From contig OX597816.1 of NCBI GenBank assembly GCA_951406725.2, forward strand, positions 129,518,001-129,582,000: a stretch of 64,000 bases of DNA. Direction: 5' to 3'. The translations under genes were made by a program, and so were the position numbers. The DNA comes from Octopus vulgaris (lineage: Eukaryota). Within the stretch, counting starts at the first letter, position 1; the number at the start of each line of letters is the position of its first letter. Under the pieces are notes generated by a model. The model ran no database searches. It worked only from the letters and a program-made list of their open reading frames with translations, and was not told where the DNA came from. Shown in pieces: positions 37,501 through 50,140 of this stretch.

Positions 37501-40500
37501 AAAATCATATGCAAATATCAAAATTTACAAAATTTATATCACCATGATAAAAACAAACTGAATCTAGTGCTGAGAAAAAATTAAAAATCTAAATGCGGGA
37601 TAACAATTCAAAAATTACACTAAAATTTCAATCCATATAAGAATTTTTAGAAGCTGAAATAATAAAATGACAATCACCAGAAATAGGATTGATGTTTTTT
37701 GTTCCCCAGTATAAAGGAATCAACCAAAAAAAAAAAAAAAAAAAAGAAAGAAATTGCCAAATCAACTGTACTATTTAAAATAAAGTTCTTATGAGGGCAT
37801 TGAGAAAATCATTTATATATTTACATATAATTCGATATAGATATGATGCTCAAAAAAGCCAATAATGAAAAGCTTTCTATTAAGTTACAGTATGGTCTGG
37901 CATACAAACTGAATTTTCTAGTACAAAATTTACAGCCAAAAAGGACAAAAAAAAGTAGATCAACTTATACGCTAAAATGATTTTAGAGGATCAAAAGCTT
38001 CATGAAAAATGTAGCATAATTTGGAAAGATAGCAATGATGTTTGAATGTTTACACTATATGTTTACAACATATATGTTGACTTGTATGCTGGAAAATACA
38101 GTATGAACAAAAGTAGATCTGAACATTAGTATATTTCATCCTCCCACATCTGTGAGTGACTGCTTTCCAATAACCTGAACTAATTGTCTTCTTCTTCCAT
38201 ACATTATAACATCAATGTTTCACTTGAAAACCACAGTTAACACTAACCTACATTCTTAACCCACTAACAGCCACTGATTGAACAGTACTTCAAAGTTTGA
38301 AAGCAATAAATGAAAGAGTTGTGAGATGACTTAGTAAGGTTATCAGTTTTCAAATTTTTAACCTCATCTGTACATTTACACAATATTTCAATCTGTTTCA
38401 CCTCTGATCATTATCAGGTGTTTTATTTCTGACTCTGTATAATATTCCAGATTGGATTAAGTAATTTTAATGTAGTGTAAATGTAAATACTGTAGATATT
38501 CATTTACAAGGTATAGTGAATAGTCTGAAACATTACCACTTTTACAAGTAGAGTAAATTTTGCAAAATTTTCAACAAGTTTACAACTTATTGAAACAAGT
38601 ATTTCATAGCTTATTAACTTCCATTAAAGTAACAAGTGAGACGTAAATGACATTGTTTTTCAACTGTGCATATAAGAGAAATGTAAGTTTATGAAACAAT
38701 TTGAATTCATAATTCTGTTGTGTAATCTAAACTAACTACTGACTGACAATGAAAAGATCCTAGCATTAGTTTCTATGTATGAGTCTTTCCATTGTTGGTT
38801 TCAAGGCAAGTGTACCAGTTGTTTGACCAACAGAAATACCTATTCATTTTAAAGTTAGCCAGTACAGATAATTTGCCAATGGACTTGTACACATCAATCT
38901 ACCTAATTTCCCTTACAAGGCTAAACATTCACTCCTAAGATAAGGAAGAAAATTTATATTATACATAACAATGATAAATACCTCCACATACTACAGATGT
39001 ATTTAGCTACTACTACTTAGTTCTAGATCCATTAAAATTTAGTAATCGAGAGGAGCAAGAATTCTGCATGAATAAGATGACAGTTTATTACATGTAACAT
39101 ACCCATAATGGTGTTTAGTCTCTACAAACAGATGAACGGAGATATATAAAATTAAGAATGGCTTGTCTAATGGCATTACAGAAAACCTTCAGCAGATATG
39201 AACTCATAATCCATAAGTTGGTAGTGCAATACTATATCCATTCAGCTATTTCATTTCTCCTTGCCTGTTTAGAACATATAAGAATAATAAGGTATACTAA
39301 TAACGTTTTTTAAATGTGCTTTTACCAGGATTGTCTGCTAAGGTTCCTCTTAGTGAACGGTGAGCATATGTTGGGAATCCAACGAGCTGAGCTAATGCAT
39401 ATCGAGCATTTAGTAATGCATCCAGCAGTTCATTTTGGTGTTTGTTGTTTTGTAAAAAGATTTTGTAAGCAGCTTCTCGGACCTGTAACAAGAAAAGATT
39501 AAGATGGACATTTACTACAATTATAAACAACAGTTATTTTCAATGTGACATATGTCTAAATAACATAACTGCAACAATATATAATAACTGTCTTTTACTT
39601 TTTACTTGTTTCAGCCATTGCAGTGCAGTCATGCTGCAGCATAGCTTTGAATGGCTTTAATCAAACAGATTGACCCCCAATACTTATTTTTGAAGTCTGG
39701 TATTTACTCTATCAGTTTCTTTTGTCAAGATTCCACATTGCAGAGACTTAAACCAATAATGGTTGTCAAGCACATAGCAGGGGGTGACAAACACAGGCAC
39801 AAAGACACACACATACATAGATATGTTATACAGATACCAAACCTCTTATCCAGCAACCTTGGGATCAGAGATGGTCCAGATTTCTGGATTTTCAGGATTT
39901 CTGGACACAGACTAAATATATATAAAAAATATAAAATAAACAATGAAAAGTAAAGAACAAAATTGTATAACATATACAAATTTATACATTTCTAAAGCAG
40001 GGTCTGTTTGATCTAGCGTTGTATGATGCATACGCCATGGACACGAAAACAAAGCGGCCACACTGCGAACTACTACAGCCCGTGAAATTCAAAGCTAGCT
40101 AGTTCCAGAAATAGCCGGATTTCTGGATTCTGGATAAGGGGTTTGGTACCTGTATAACAAGCTTCTGCACAGCTTTCGTCTACTAAATTCACTTACAAGG
40201 TATTGGTTGGCCAGTGCTACAGTAGAAAACACTTGCCTCAGGTGCCATGCAGTAGGACTGAACCCAAAACCACATGGTTGCAAAGTAAGCTTCTTAACTA
40301 TAATGAAAACTAATATGTGACACATTGAGTTTACAGCCTACTGCAGATACCGTTGGTGGGGGGAGGAATCAATTACATCAACCCTAGTATTTTAAAGGTA
40401 CTTATTTTATCAACCTTGAATGGATGAAAGGCAACGTTGACTGTAACAGAATTTGAGCTCAGAATGTAAAGATGAATGAGATGCCATTAACTCTTTAGCA

Positions 40501-43500
40501 TAAATTTTACCGTCTCCAATTTAATATCAACCCATCTGATAAGTTATCAGAAATTAATTAAGTTAACTGAAATTAATGCCTGCAAGATTTCACAGCTCTA
40601 GCATCATTCTTTGTCAGTCTTTGAACATTTCAGCCCACCTTCATATATCATCATCATCATTTAACGACCATTGTCCATGCTAGCAACACCACACACACAC
40701 AATACATTGGTTGGCTGAGGCTACTCAGCTCTACATTGTGAGATATAACTGAAAATCAAATAACTACATAGCAAACTTCAAATCTACACAGCCATGCATG
40801 AGTATATCATTAGGCCATAAATAAGAATATAATTTTTAAAAATTAAAATAAAAAATAAAAGCTGAGAGAAAGAATAGAATTGAACTAGAAATAACTTACC
40901 AAATCACTATAGTGATCAGAAAAGAGTCCTCCTACCGTCACATTGTCTCCACTTACACTAAAGCTATAAAATAGAAATTTTAAATGGTCAAGTAAATCAT
41001 GATCAACGTTTTTCTGGTATAATTACATGTACAGTCTTCAGCAAGCTTAAAAATATTAATCCATGTTGTTAATAATGTAAATCTACTTGGTTTAGTTTTA
41101 TTATGGTTTGTTGTGTTGTTACAATCATCTGCTAAACTAGCAGTGTTAACACCTAACAGCCAAATCGCTCTCAAATCACATTTTACCAGAAGGACACATT
41201 GGACACCGTAACAGATAATATAAAAGCTCTTAAAATTATGGGATGGTCACAGCAAGAATGTTTTTTATTATAGGTCTGCAAAATTAAGGTTGACCACCAC
41301 AAGTTCCAGTTGTTTTGTGGTGGCTAGCATACATCAGTGACTCTAAGAGTTATGCCAGTAAAGCACAAGTCCCTGATAGGGCTCCTGTGTTGGACATGTC
41401 AAAGGATAGATGCCAGAGAGTTATGAACTACCTTCTTCGACACACACACACCACATATATAATCGACTTCCTCCCTGAAGAAGAAGAAGAAGGAGGAGGA
41501 GGAGGAGGAGGAAGAGGGGGAGTTGTAGTTATAGTAGTAGTAGTTAAATACAGATGTGCCTACAATTACATATCTTCTTGATATAAAGACAATATGCTAA
41601 ACAAACAACAGAAATATGTGGAGAATTTTTGATTGGGAAGTTTCGTGCAACAATTTGTATGACCTCTGGGTGATAGTGGTGGGTGTCATGAAAGTGATAA
41701 TTATGAAACTGTACATTTATTTATTCTTTAGTCCAAGGAGGAAAGTAACACTACTACTGACCAATTAGACTGCTGAGACCAATGGAAGCTGTTGGGAAAA
41801 TGTGGGCAGAGGGAGAATTCTAAAACTGTGCTGAATGAACTATGTGTGTGCTTGTAGATTTAATATTGTTTCTATACTTTAACATCCAGCACACTGCATT
41901 TTCTCTAGAATTGTTTCCCATTTTACAGCCCAGTTATTGCAAGGGAAACATGATGCACCTACCGTGTGTTAAAGGTTAATACTGTTACAATAATAGATAT
42001 TAGTTTTTAATGGCACTTATATTTTTATTCATGTTAACTTTGGTTAGCTGGTTCATAAGCCTGTATATTTGTTGGAATTGTTAGAGAAATTAGAGTCTTT
42101 TACAGTTTTTTACTGGTTAGCTTTCCAAAAGATAAACATCAAAGAATGGAATATTTTAATTTGGTACACAGTGTTGCAAGTCAATTAGTTGTTTGTCAAA
42201 TGAAACAACGCAGTGGATGTTAACAAGCATTAATTGAACTCACAGTCTTTTGATTATTTGTTAAGCTCTTAAGGCATTTGGGCATAAATGCTTCTTTAAC
42301 CCTTTCATTACCAAACCGCCCGAAACCGCCTGAAAAAAATTTTGGTTAATGTGACCAAACCACCCGAATTTACCTATTCATGTTTAAATGAGAATATCAG
42401 AGCAAATCTCTTTAGTACATTCGTGAAAATACGTATTATACTTCGTAAAGAGTTCAACTACAGTTTTGTACAAAAATCGAAGTGTAATTTTAATTCCGTG
42501 AATTTTGGGAGATTTTTTTCCGAAATTTGTTCCTATTGTGTTTTCAAAATTTGTAATTCTGACAAAAAATGGATACGAATTTCATTATATCAAGCAGCGA
42601 GTCAGAATTCGAAGGATTTTCTACTGAAGACTTTCATAAATCTAACTCTATGACTGAAAAAAAAAAGCATGTGGTATTTGATAATGAATCTGATGTTTCA
42701 TTTTCCGAAAGTGAAAACAGTGAATCCGAGAGCTCCGACAGCGATAAAGAAAATGAATTGGCACCTGAATGGAATGAAAATTTAAAAACTGTTTCTTTCG
42801 GTGATTTTTCTGAAGAAACTGGACCAAGCCACAGACTTTCCCAGAAGAGTAAAGCCTTAGACTATTTCTTTTTACTTTTTCGAATGAGCCTATTTGAAAT
42901 CATTACGACGGAAACGAACCGTTACGCTAAACGTAAACAAAACGAAAGAAAGTATAGTTAGTGGTTTCCCATAACCTTAAATGAAATTAAGACTATTTTG
43001 CCATAAATATTATTATGGGTATCAGAAAGTTACTCAGAATAACAAATTCTATCGTAAAATTTTGTTGTATACCCAATTGAATATTAGCTAATAACCCATT
43101 TTCTATAGCGATGTTTGAACAAAATTTTAACAATTTTATATTTTGTTGAATTTACCTGTATCTACCTGCAATTAGAGTCACTTTGTGACAAAAATTATAA
43201 GTATAGAATTGGTTGAGAACATTTCATTAAATTATCTTCCAAAATTTACGTTAATATATTAATAAATAAAAAAGTTATAGTTGTTTAATGAAACCAGACT
43301 AAATTTATGATTATGTTAGAAATTAATTGAAACACATAAGGGGTGTATTTTGGTCAGAAATATAGTAACGAAAAGGTTAACATTTTTAATAAATAAAACG
43401 TGATGCTACTTACCAATGTTGAAGTTTGTCTGGCAACTGACTTTTTAAAATGGAGGAAGGCTTCTGACAACCCTGAGAGAAATACGTTCCCAACATCAAA

Positions 43501-46500
43501 ATACTTTCATTCAATTGCACAAAATGTTTTCTCTGAAAAGTAAAAAAAAAATTAATCAATTTACTGTCAAAAGAATATTTGAATACCAACAGAGACATTT
43601 TTTATTGCTTTATTTAGAAAAAACTATCAAAATAATTATGAAGTGTCAAAGTTTAGTTACTGTAAATATATTGTGTAATCTTTTCTTTACAGATATCAAA
43701 AAGATAACTTACCTTCATCATTATCATCATCATCGTTGTTATAATGTCTACTTTTCCATGTTTGCATGAATTACATTAAATTTGTTGAGACAGATTTTCT
43801 ATGGCTGGATGCTCTTCCTATTGCCAACTCTCCCCTGTTTCTAAGCACATATTTTTCCCTAGACACTGGCATGGCTGTGTGGTAAGTGTGCTCCTCAACC
43901 ACATGGTTCCAAGTTCAGTCCCACTGTATGGCACCTTTGGTGTCTTCTACTATAGCCTCAAGCCAATCAAAGCCTTATGAGTGGATTTGGTAGACGGAAA
44001 CTGACAGAAGCCATTGTGCACATGCACATGCATGCATGCATGTCTTTGTCTCTGTGTTTGCCCTTCACACACTCACACACACACACTTGACAACCAGTGT
44101 TGGTATGTTTACATTCCTGTAACTTAGCAGTCTTGCAAAAGAGACCGGTAGAATAAGTACCAGGCTTAATAAGAATATGTACTGGGGTTGATTTGTTCAG
44201 CTGAACATTCTTCAAGGTGGTACCCCAGTATGGCCACAGTTTAGTGACTGAAAACATGTCATATGATTGTGAAGATTGTTTGCAATTAATGTGTAATTTC
44301 AAGACAAGGAGACACACGCATGCACACACACACATTTATATATATATATGAGTAGCTTCTTTTCAATGTCTAACAAGCAGATTCGCTGGCAAAGCTTTGA
44401 TCTGCCTGGAGCTATAGAAGTCATTTGCCCAATATGTTATGCAACGGGACTTGAACTTAAACTATGCAGTTGTGAAGAAAATTTCTTAACCACACAGCCA
44501 AACCTGCACATACAAACTTTCTTATTACTTAATTAGCCAAAAGATAGGATGCATCTTTTGGTTGTACTGAGAATGACCTGAGGAAATGACTGGGTATCAA
44601 CATTACTGAATGATATATAATAGAGAGATGGCTAAATGGGGAGAGATATGTAATGTAAAAAGTTGGTTGGTATTAACTGAGAAAATGTCTCAACGTAATC
44701 TCTCTCAAAACACGAGCACTGTTGAACATGTACACTTACATTGTACATCTAGCAGAGAAGAACTAACCTCATTCCTTTCTAACCTTCACATGTCCTCTGC
44801 ATTCAAGGCCCATGTCTCACTACCATTGCTGTCCGTATACATGCATCATACAAACTTACTTTCACATGGAAAGAGAAACAAACAGGGGTAACAGCTCTCT
44901 GAATTTCCTCTGTCTAATTCTTATTCTAGTTATCACACTCTCTGTGCATCCTCCCCCACAACTAATTTGGTTCCCTAAGTAGCAGAAGTTATCTACTACC
45001 TCTAATGAGCCACCAGGGAATTTGAGAGAATCAATTTCCACAGTCTCTAAAGTTTTTATGTATCCTGTGCACCTGTTCATCTTCCACATATGAAAACTAT
45101 TTTCTCTGATAAGCTTCCTATTTATCAGATATATACTTAAGTGACGATAAAAGTTCAAAAGACTCAAATTAGTCATATGGCACTGTAAATTAAGACATTT
45201 ATACACTTTATAGAAAGAGCTGCTTTCCAGTAGAACCTCTTCTTAACATGAGTCCCACAACCATCATCATCATCATCATCATTTAACGTCCACTTTCCAT
45301 GCTAGCATGGGTTGGACGATTTGACTGAGGACTGGCGAACCAGACTCCAATCTGATCTGGCAAAGTTTCTACAGCTGGATGCCCTTCCTAATGCCAACCA
45401 CTCCGAGAGTGTAGTGAGTGCTTTTACGTGCCACCGGCACAAGGGCCAATTTGGTGGTACTGGCAACGGCCACACTCAAATGGTGATTTTTACATGCCAC
45501 CTGCACAGGTGTCAGTCCAGCAGCACTGGCAACGACCTCGCTTGAATGTTTTGTTCAAGTGCCACCAGCACAAGTGCCAGTAAAGCAACACTGGTAACGA
45601 TCACGCTCAAATGGTGCTTTTTATGTGCCACCAGCACGGTACTCAGCAGCAAGTAATGAAACACAAAGTAACTTTAGTGACAACAGTAGGGATCAATTGT
45701 TTAACAGCTTAATTACTCAAATACTACTTCCCTTCAGCTTTTCTATTCAATTTTATGTCTATCTTTAATCATAGTATTTAAGAATGAAAAGAATAAAATC
45801 TTCATTGTAACACTCAACAATTCTTTACTTCCCATTTTTTTAAAGAATTAGAATATAGAAAAAGAAGTCAAATTACCTTCACTTCATCTAAATGAATCCC
45901 ACTTTGTTCAAAATCAAACAAGAAGAGCTTTCCAACTCTCTCATCAACACAATCCATTGGAATAATATCACCAGTTTCCAGAACTTTCTTCAGTGCCTGG
46001 TATAGCTCCACATTAGTATTCAAACTGTTGGGCAAAAGAACATTCTTATTAGGTTTAAACAGCTATCGAATATAAGATTAATTTTGTAAAACAAATCACA
46101 CAAAAATTAACTCCATTTAGGATTTTTAACACATTTCTGTATTCAAAAGACATTGAAACTTCTGTTTAACTAGTTTTGGCCTATGGATTGTTGCTTTTTT
46201 GTGGGGTTTTTTTTTTTTTGTATTCTTCAACAACCAAAGAATAATTTATTCTTTCAACTCACTTTACTGTCATCAATCAATAATTCAAAAAAAAAACCAG
46301 TTCAATGAGATGTGAATAAAAGTAACCAACCACCATCTTACCATTCAACAAGTCCTGACAAAGCAATGCAGCAGTCTTCAGCACTTTTTGTATAGGCTTC
46401 ATTTGGGTGTGCAAGTCGAATAAATTCGGACTGAAAATAATATAAAACTTAAAATTAACATATTGTAATTGATAACTTTAATCCCCACCTATAGTCCATA

Positions 46501-48329
46501 TTATCTACCTTATACTAAGACCAAACTATGATAAAGTATATGTATATATAATTATTTTATGTAATTAAATTTTGTTCAAGATAATTGACTACTCAAATTC
46601 CCACAATCTCTTTATTTATACCAATATAGCAATTCTGAAAATATGAAAATATTTACTCTGCTTTTATATGTCAGTAATTATCAAGAGAATTATACATACT
46701 TATAAAGAGTATGCTTTAGTGACGTATTAATGTGATCTACTTACATGAAGTTAGAAAACTACTAGAATATTTCTTACTAATCAAATAATTGCTTCTCTTA
46801 AATAAATGATTTTATCCCTTAAATACATATTCTTTTCTTAAACATTTTAATTTCAACAACCACACTGTAGAAATCATTCTATCAGTTTAACCCTTTTGTT
46901 ACTATATTTCTGTTGAGATGTTCTGTGTTTCTTTCAATTAATTTTAAATATAATAAAGAATTTAGTAAAATAACTTAGTTACCATTAAGCTGATGTTAGG
47001 ACCATAAATTGTGACTACGGTCTGGTGGAAGATTTTAATTCAAAACTTATGAAAACATGACATTTTTACCCAGAGCCGGTTTCAGCCAGGTTGGTATTGA
47101 AAGGGTTAATAAAACACAAAGCTGTTAATTACATTTTGAATTTAAATTTATTTCATGAAGGGTTGAAGTGTTTCTGTTTTTTTCCCCCTTTCATCACACA
47201 ACTGACAAGGTTCAACTGCAAAATGGAATGATACACTAGAAAATGCAGTTCATCATCATCATCATCATCGTTTAACATCCGTTTTCCGCGCTAGCACAGG
47301 TTAGATGTATAAAAAGACAGGATGGTCGCTGCCAGAACACCTTTGATTATAAGTCTACTTGGCTGAATCAGGCTGACTTGGGACTAAACAATAGCTACCT
47401 CATCTCAGAAAATAAATTAACAGAAGCTATATATGGCCATGCAGTTAAGCAGAACACTTAACAAATTATGAAAACTAGAGCTGTGTTCATGACCAGGTTG
47501 CAGTTATGCAGTCAAAATTTTGACACCTCATGAAGTAAATTTAAAGTGAATTTAACAGCTTTGCAGGTTATTAAATGGATAATATAGCTCTTTCATGATG
47601 TAGTTGCTTCAATTTTAACATACAATCTCAGATCAAGTTACTTGCTTGACTTGTATAATTTTGATGCTTGTTAAATAGATACAACTTTTAAGCCAGTTGA
47701 AATATAACTGGTCTTAGCCTATGGGTTTTTTTTTTTTTTGTATTCTACTACAACCAAAGTATATGCTAGGGTCAGCAATTTATTCCTCTCAATTTACTGT
47801 CTTCCTCCTTCAGCATTTAAACCAGCCATATCTGGTCCTAATATTTCACCTGTCCTATATTGAAACCAGCCAGATCTAGCCTCTCACACCCGCCCTACAA
47901 TGTCATCCTGAAAATAAGCAATCATATTAAGCCCACCTAGCTTAAAAGTTTCTATTTTTTTTTACTTAAAATAGATTATTCAGAAAGTTTAATTTTTTCT
48001 GAGATATAATAATTACAAAAAAAATCTAGTCAAATGGTTCGCAAAATAAACAGTAAATACTCACCATATCAGCAACACGACATAAAGAATCTGATAGACT
48101 GTCAAAAATTTCAACCATTTTTCGTTTACGGTTTGGACTGAGTGCTTCATTGACTAATTCATTGATAGAATTTTCCACATTCTCTTTCAGAAGATAAAAC
48201 CCATTGTGATTTCTTAACTCAGGAATACCAAAAAGACCCTTATGAAACAAAAAAAAAGATTTTTGTTTTCAGTTTTGTTGTTATTTCTATAATTAACAAG
48301 ATGACAAAAACAAGCACAAGAAAAAAAGA

Positions 48330-48368
<39 letters not shown>

Positions 48369-50140
48369 CATTATGTGTTTATCTGTGTATGTGTGTGTGT
48401 GAGTGAATGAATTAATGAATGAAGGCAGGCATTTATGCAAATATCAGTATAGTATACGTGGATGTATTCTTTTCTGAGATGGCTGTATGTGTTTGTGTAC
48501 AGGTGTATGAGTTTATAGACCCACTTTTATTACAACTGACTAAAAATTCTGTTCAATCAAACATGGAATAGAAGAGAGGGCAATGACAGAAAAGCCAGAA
48601 TGTATGGATGAAAGAAGCAAGAGTCTGATGATAGAAACAGCATGATTGGAGTGAGGGAGGTAGGAGTAACAGGAAAGATCAACAGAAGTACCATAAAAAC
48701 CCATGTAATTTGCGCACCTGTGTAATTTATGCAGGTGATTTTAGAATAAAAATTGTTAAAAAAGCTTCTACTCATGTAAAATTCGCACCCAAAAGTTTTC
48801 AATTTAGTTGTATTTAGTATAATTTCACTTACTTATGATTAGATTTTATTAAATTTTCATTAAATAAAAATAATTTCTGTTTAACAGGTATTACATTAAA
48901 AGCTATTAAATTACAAAGTGCTTGTGTGGTTTATAATAAACTTTATTTTACATTTCTTGCCCACAAGAGATTATGTTTGATCTTTAGCATACTTCTGTAT
49001 GTCTTCTCAAATCACAGGAAAAGTTGTTTATAATAATTACCAACAAAAAAAAAACCTGATAAATATGCACAGATATTGCAAATTAAGTTTAATTACCAAT
49101 AAATATCAACTTGGATGACACTTTACTCAACCGAGTAAAATATGTAAAATATGGCCTGGACCATGATTACCAGCATGAACGTCAGACTTCAAAAAGAAGT
49201 TATACAGAAAAAGAAATTTATACCTTCCAGCCTAAATAAAAGTCAACTTCATTATATTTAAGTCCTTATTTTTTTTGTAAAAACTTATTCTGACATTAAA
49301 TGAATCAACTTCCAGTACAAATGTTTACATTTTGTATGTTTTTTTCAACAAAAAAAATTTCTAAAACATTCTGGAAATGATCAACTCATGTAATTTACGC
49401 ACCCCTAAGGTTTATTTTTATTTTTGCAAGAAAATGCGTAAATTACATGGGTTTTTATGGTAAATGGTGAGTGACACTGGAAGTAGTGTGAAAGAGAGTG
49501 ATGACTGGCAGTACAGAAAGAATGAAAGTATGATGTATTGAGTACAAACCGATCCATTGCAGTCTTTTATACATAGGCCCAGGGATGGATGAGAAAGAGT
49601 GATGAGGATAGTAGTGAAAGGAATGATGTGGGTATGAGTACAAATGATGAGCAGTATGAGTAATGGAGTGATGAGTGATGGAGAGAGACAAGTCATATGG
49701 TTGAAAGAGGAGTGATGAAGAGAGATGAGAGAAAGGAAGATATTATAGGATCACAATATGAATAAAAAATAAACACTAGCACTTCTCATTTCCTTTTTTT
49801 TGTTTTATAAGTTTCAGGTTGTCTGACTATTACAAAACATGAGTGTATACGGTAGACAGAAGGACAAAAATGTTGAGAAAGTTAAATGAAATCACACACA
49901 CACACATATATATATATTCTTAAAAAAACTTACAGCATCATCCTTCCTCAAGTTAAAAGAAAGTTTCTGACGAGGTTTAGTGTTGAATGCAGCAGTTAAT
50001 GAAGACTGTTGAGTCGTGTGCACAAATCTATTTGAGGAATATTCTCGAATTTGATCCTTGACAAGTTTAGACACTGGAAACAATGTTTTGGTCTTAAGTG
50101 CATTTTTGATGCACAGCAACATAGAATGCTTAAGAGGCAT
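21704..50140 (-). CDS. MIPEP: Mitochondrial intermediate peptidase (M3 zinc metallopeptidase), complete CDS in 19 exons, 713 aa
   Basis: 19 GT-AG exons sum to 2142 nt in frame. Basic N-terminal presequence, then [99 protein letters not shown] and [14 protein letters not shown]. Confidence 0.96.
22552..22625 (-). CDS. MIPEP: MIPEP exon 18 ([24 protein letters not shown])
   Basis: tttag/gtaaat. Confidence 0.93.
23107..23228 (-). CDS. MIPEP: MIPEP exon 17 ([27 protein letters not shown]...DPFS)
   Basis: ttcag/gtaagt. Confidence 0.95.
24913..25197 (+). mobile_element. 5'-truncated CR1-type LINE 3' end with (ATT)n tail, nested in a TTAA MITE
   Basis: Translates [32 protein letters not shown], typical of a CR1 ORF2 C-terminus; MITE sequence resumes after the tail. 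Confidence 0.8.
25720..25854 (-). CDS. MIPEP: MIPEP exon 16 ([17 protein letters not shown]...HVPGT)
   Basis: gtag/gtgagt. Confidence 0.92.
26022..26120 (-). CDS. MIPEP: MIPEP exon 15 ([15 protein letters not shown]...LFAAS)
   Basis: tttag/gtaagt. Confidence 0.92.
27887..27957 (-). CDS. MIPEP: MIPEP exon 14 ([23 protein letters not shown])
   Basis: ORF 27791-27973; ctag/gtaagc. Confidence 0.95.
29624..29828 (-). CDS. MIPEP: MIPEP exon 13 with HExxH zinc-binding motif ([11 protein letters not shown])
   Basis: tttag/gtaagt; [10 protein letters not shown]...HEFGH. Confidence 0.96.
30569..30977. mobile_element. Penelope-like pseudo-LTR remnant in inverted arrangement
   Basis: Arms 30569-30648 and 30899-30977 are inverted copies ending in ATATAT; the left part carries the hammerhead; the element abuts a truncated SINE at 30570. 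Confidence 0.6.
30610..30670 (-). ncRNA. Type I hammerhead ribozyme (Penelope-like/retrozyme minimal type)
   Basis: - strand: GGCAGG-UAU-CCAGUA CUGAUGA UGGGU-AAAG-ACCCA GAAA CCAUGG UC UACUGG-U-CUUGCC. Intact core, stems I and II pair, palindromic stem III region ACCAUGGU, GUC cleavage triplet. Confidence 0.85.
31398..31475 (-). CDS. MIPEP: MIPEP exon 12 ([26 protein letters not shown])
   Basis: ctag/gtaggt. Confidence 0.93.
32008..32161 (-). CDS. MIPEP: MIPEP exon 11 ([15 protein letters not shown]...[11 protein letters not shown])
   Basis: gcag/gtaagt. Confidence 0.93.
33222..33652 (+). mobile_element. Full-length tRNA-derived CORE-type SINE (resembles octopus OR-type); other copies near 2150-2550, 25305-25470, 29065-29400, 30295-30570, 43866-44255, and 39590-40300, 50390-50550, 55450-55680, 61090-61420 on -
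   Basis: A-box TGGCTGTGTGG, B-box GGTTCAGTCC, CORE-like ACCTTGGGCAAGTG, internal (TG/TA)n, AAAGAGT tail. Confidence 0.8.
34139..34194 (-). CDS. MIPEP: MIPEP exon 10 ([18 protein letters not shown])
   Basis: ttcag/gtaata; PWDPPYY motif. Confidence 0.92.
36416..36479 (-). CDS. MIPEP: MIPEP exon 9 ([21 protein letters not shown])
   Basis: caag/gtaagt; phases fit. Confidence 0.82.
37239..37287 (-). CDS. MIPEP: MIPEP exon 8 ([16 protein letters not shown])
   Basis: ttcag/gttagt; phases fit. Confidence 0.85.
39326..39482 (-). CDS. MIPEP: MIPEP exon 7 ([10 protein letters not shown]...[11 protein letters not shown])
   Basis: ORF 39297-39530; cag/gtaaaa. Confidence 0.93.
39831..40152. mobile_element. 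Tc1/mariner-Tigger-like MITE inserted in a SINE
   Basis: TA TSD; TIR CAGATACCAAACCTCTTATCCAG matches at 21/23. Confidence 0.85.
40900..40963 (-). CDS. MIPEP: MIPEP exon 6 ([21 protein letters not shown])
   Basis: tatag/gtaagt; phases fit. Confidence 0.87.
42300..43376 (+). mobile_element. Internally deleted piggyBac element with a transposase 5' remnant
   Basis: TTAA at 42296-42299 and 43377-43380; termini CCCTTTCATTAC / GTAACGAAAAGG. Confidence 0.88.
42569..43040 (+). pseudogene. piggyBac (PGBD4-like) transposase N-terminal fragment, disrupted
   Basis: Acidic N-terminus, then [22 protein letters not shown], a stop, [10 protein letters not shown], a frameshift, [13 protein letters not shown]; catalytic region absent. 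Confidence 0.8.
43414..43532 (-). CDS. MIPEP: MIPEP exon 5 ([15 protein letters not shown]...LPDKLQH)
   Basis: ORF 43410-43598; ttcag/gtaagt. Confidence 0.88.
44650..45095 (-). mobile_element. Decayed RTE-clade LINE reverse transcriptase C-terminal fragment
   Basis: [30 protein letters not shown]...KFRELLPL, then GSETWAL...RLERNE in a shifted frame. Confidence 0.85.
45877..46024 (-). CDS. MIPEP: MIPEP exon 4 ([11 protein letters not shown]...[15 protein letters not shown])
   Basis: cag/gtaatt boundaries. Confidence 0.93.
46342..46430 (-). CDS. MIPEP: MIPEP exon 3 ([29 protein letters not shown])
   Basis: ttcag/gtaag boundaries; conserved peptide. Confidence 0.92.
46891..47105 (-). mobile_element. 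piggyBac-type MITE related to the 42300 element, opposite orientation
   Basis: TTAA flanks; left end CCCTTTTGTTACTATATTTCTG matches the reverse complement of the 43376 end. Confidence 0.8.
48065..48238 (-). CDS. MIPEP: MIPEP exon 2 (GLFGIPEL...DSLCRVADM)
   Basis: ORF 48026-48250; ag/gtgagt boundaries. Confidence 0.93.
48691..49460. mobile_element. Same family, internally deleted copy (770 bp)
   Basis: Perfect 21-bp TIR CCATAAAAACCCATGTAATTT, TA TSD both sides. Confidence 0.85.
49934..50140 (-). CDS. MIPEP: MIPEP coding exon 1 (MPLKHSMLL...[20 protein letters not shown]), mitochondrial presequence
   Basis: ORF 49892-50140; gtaagt donor; AAFN motif; start codon inferred. Confidence 0.82.
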
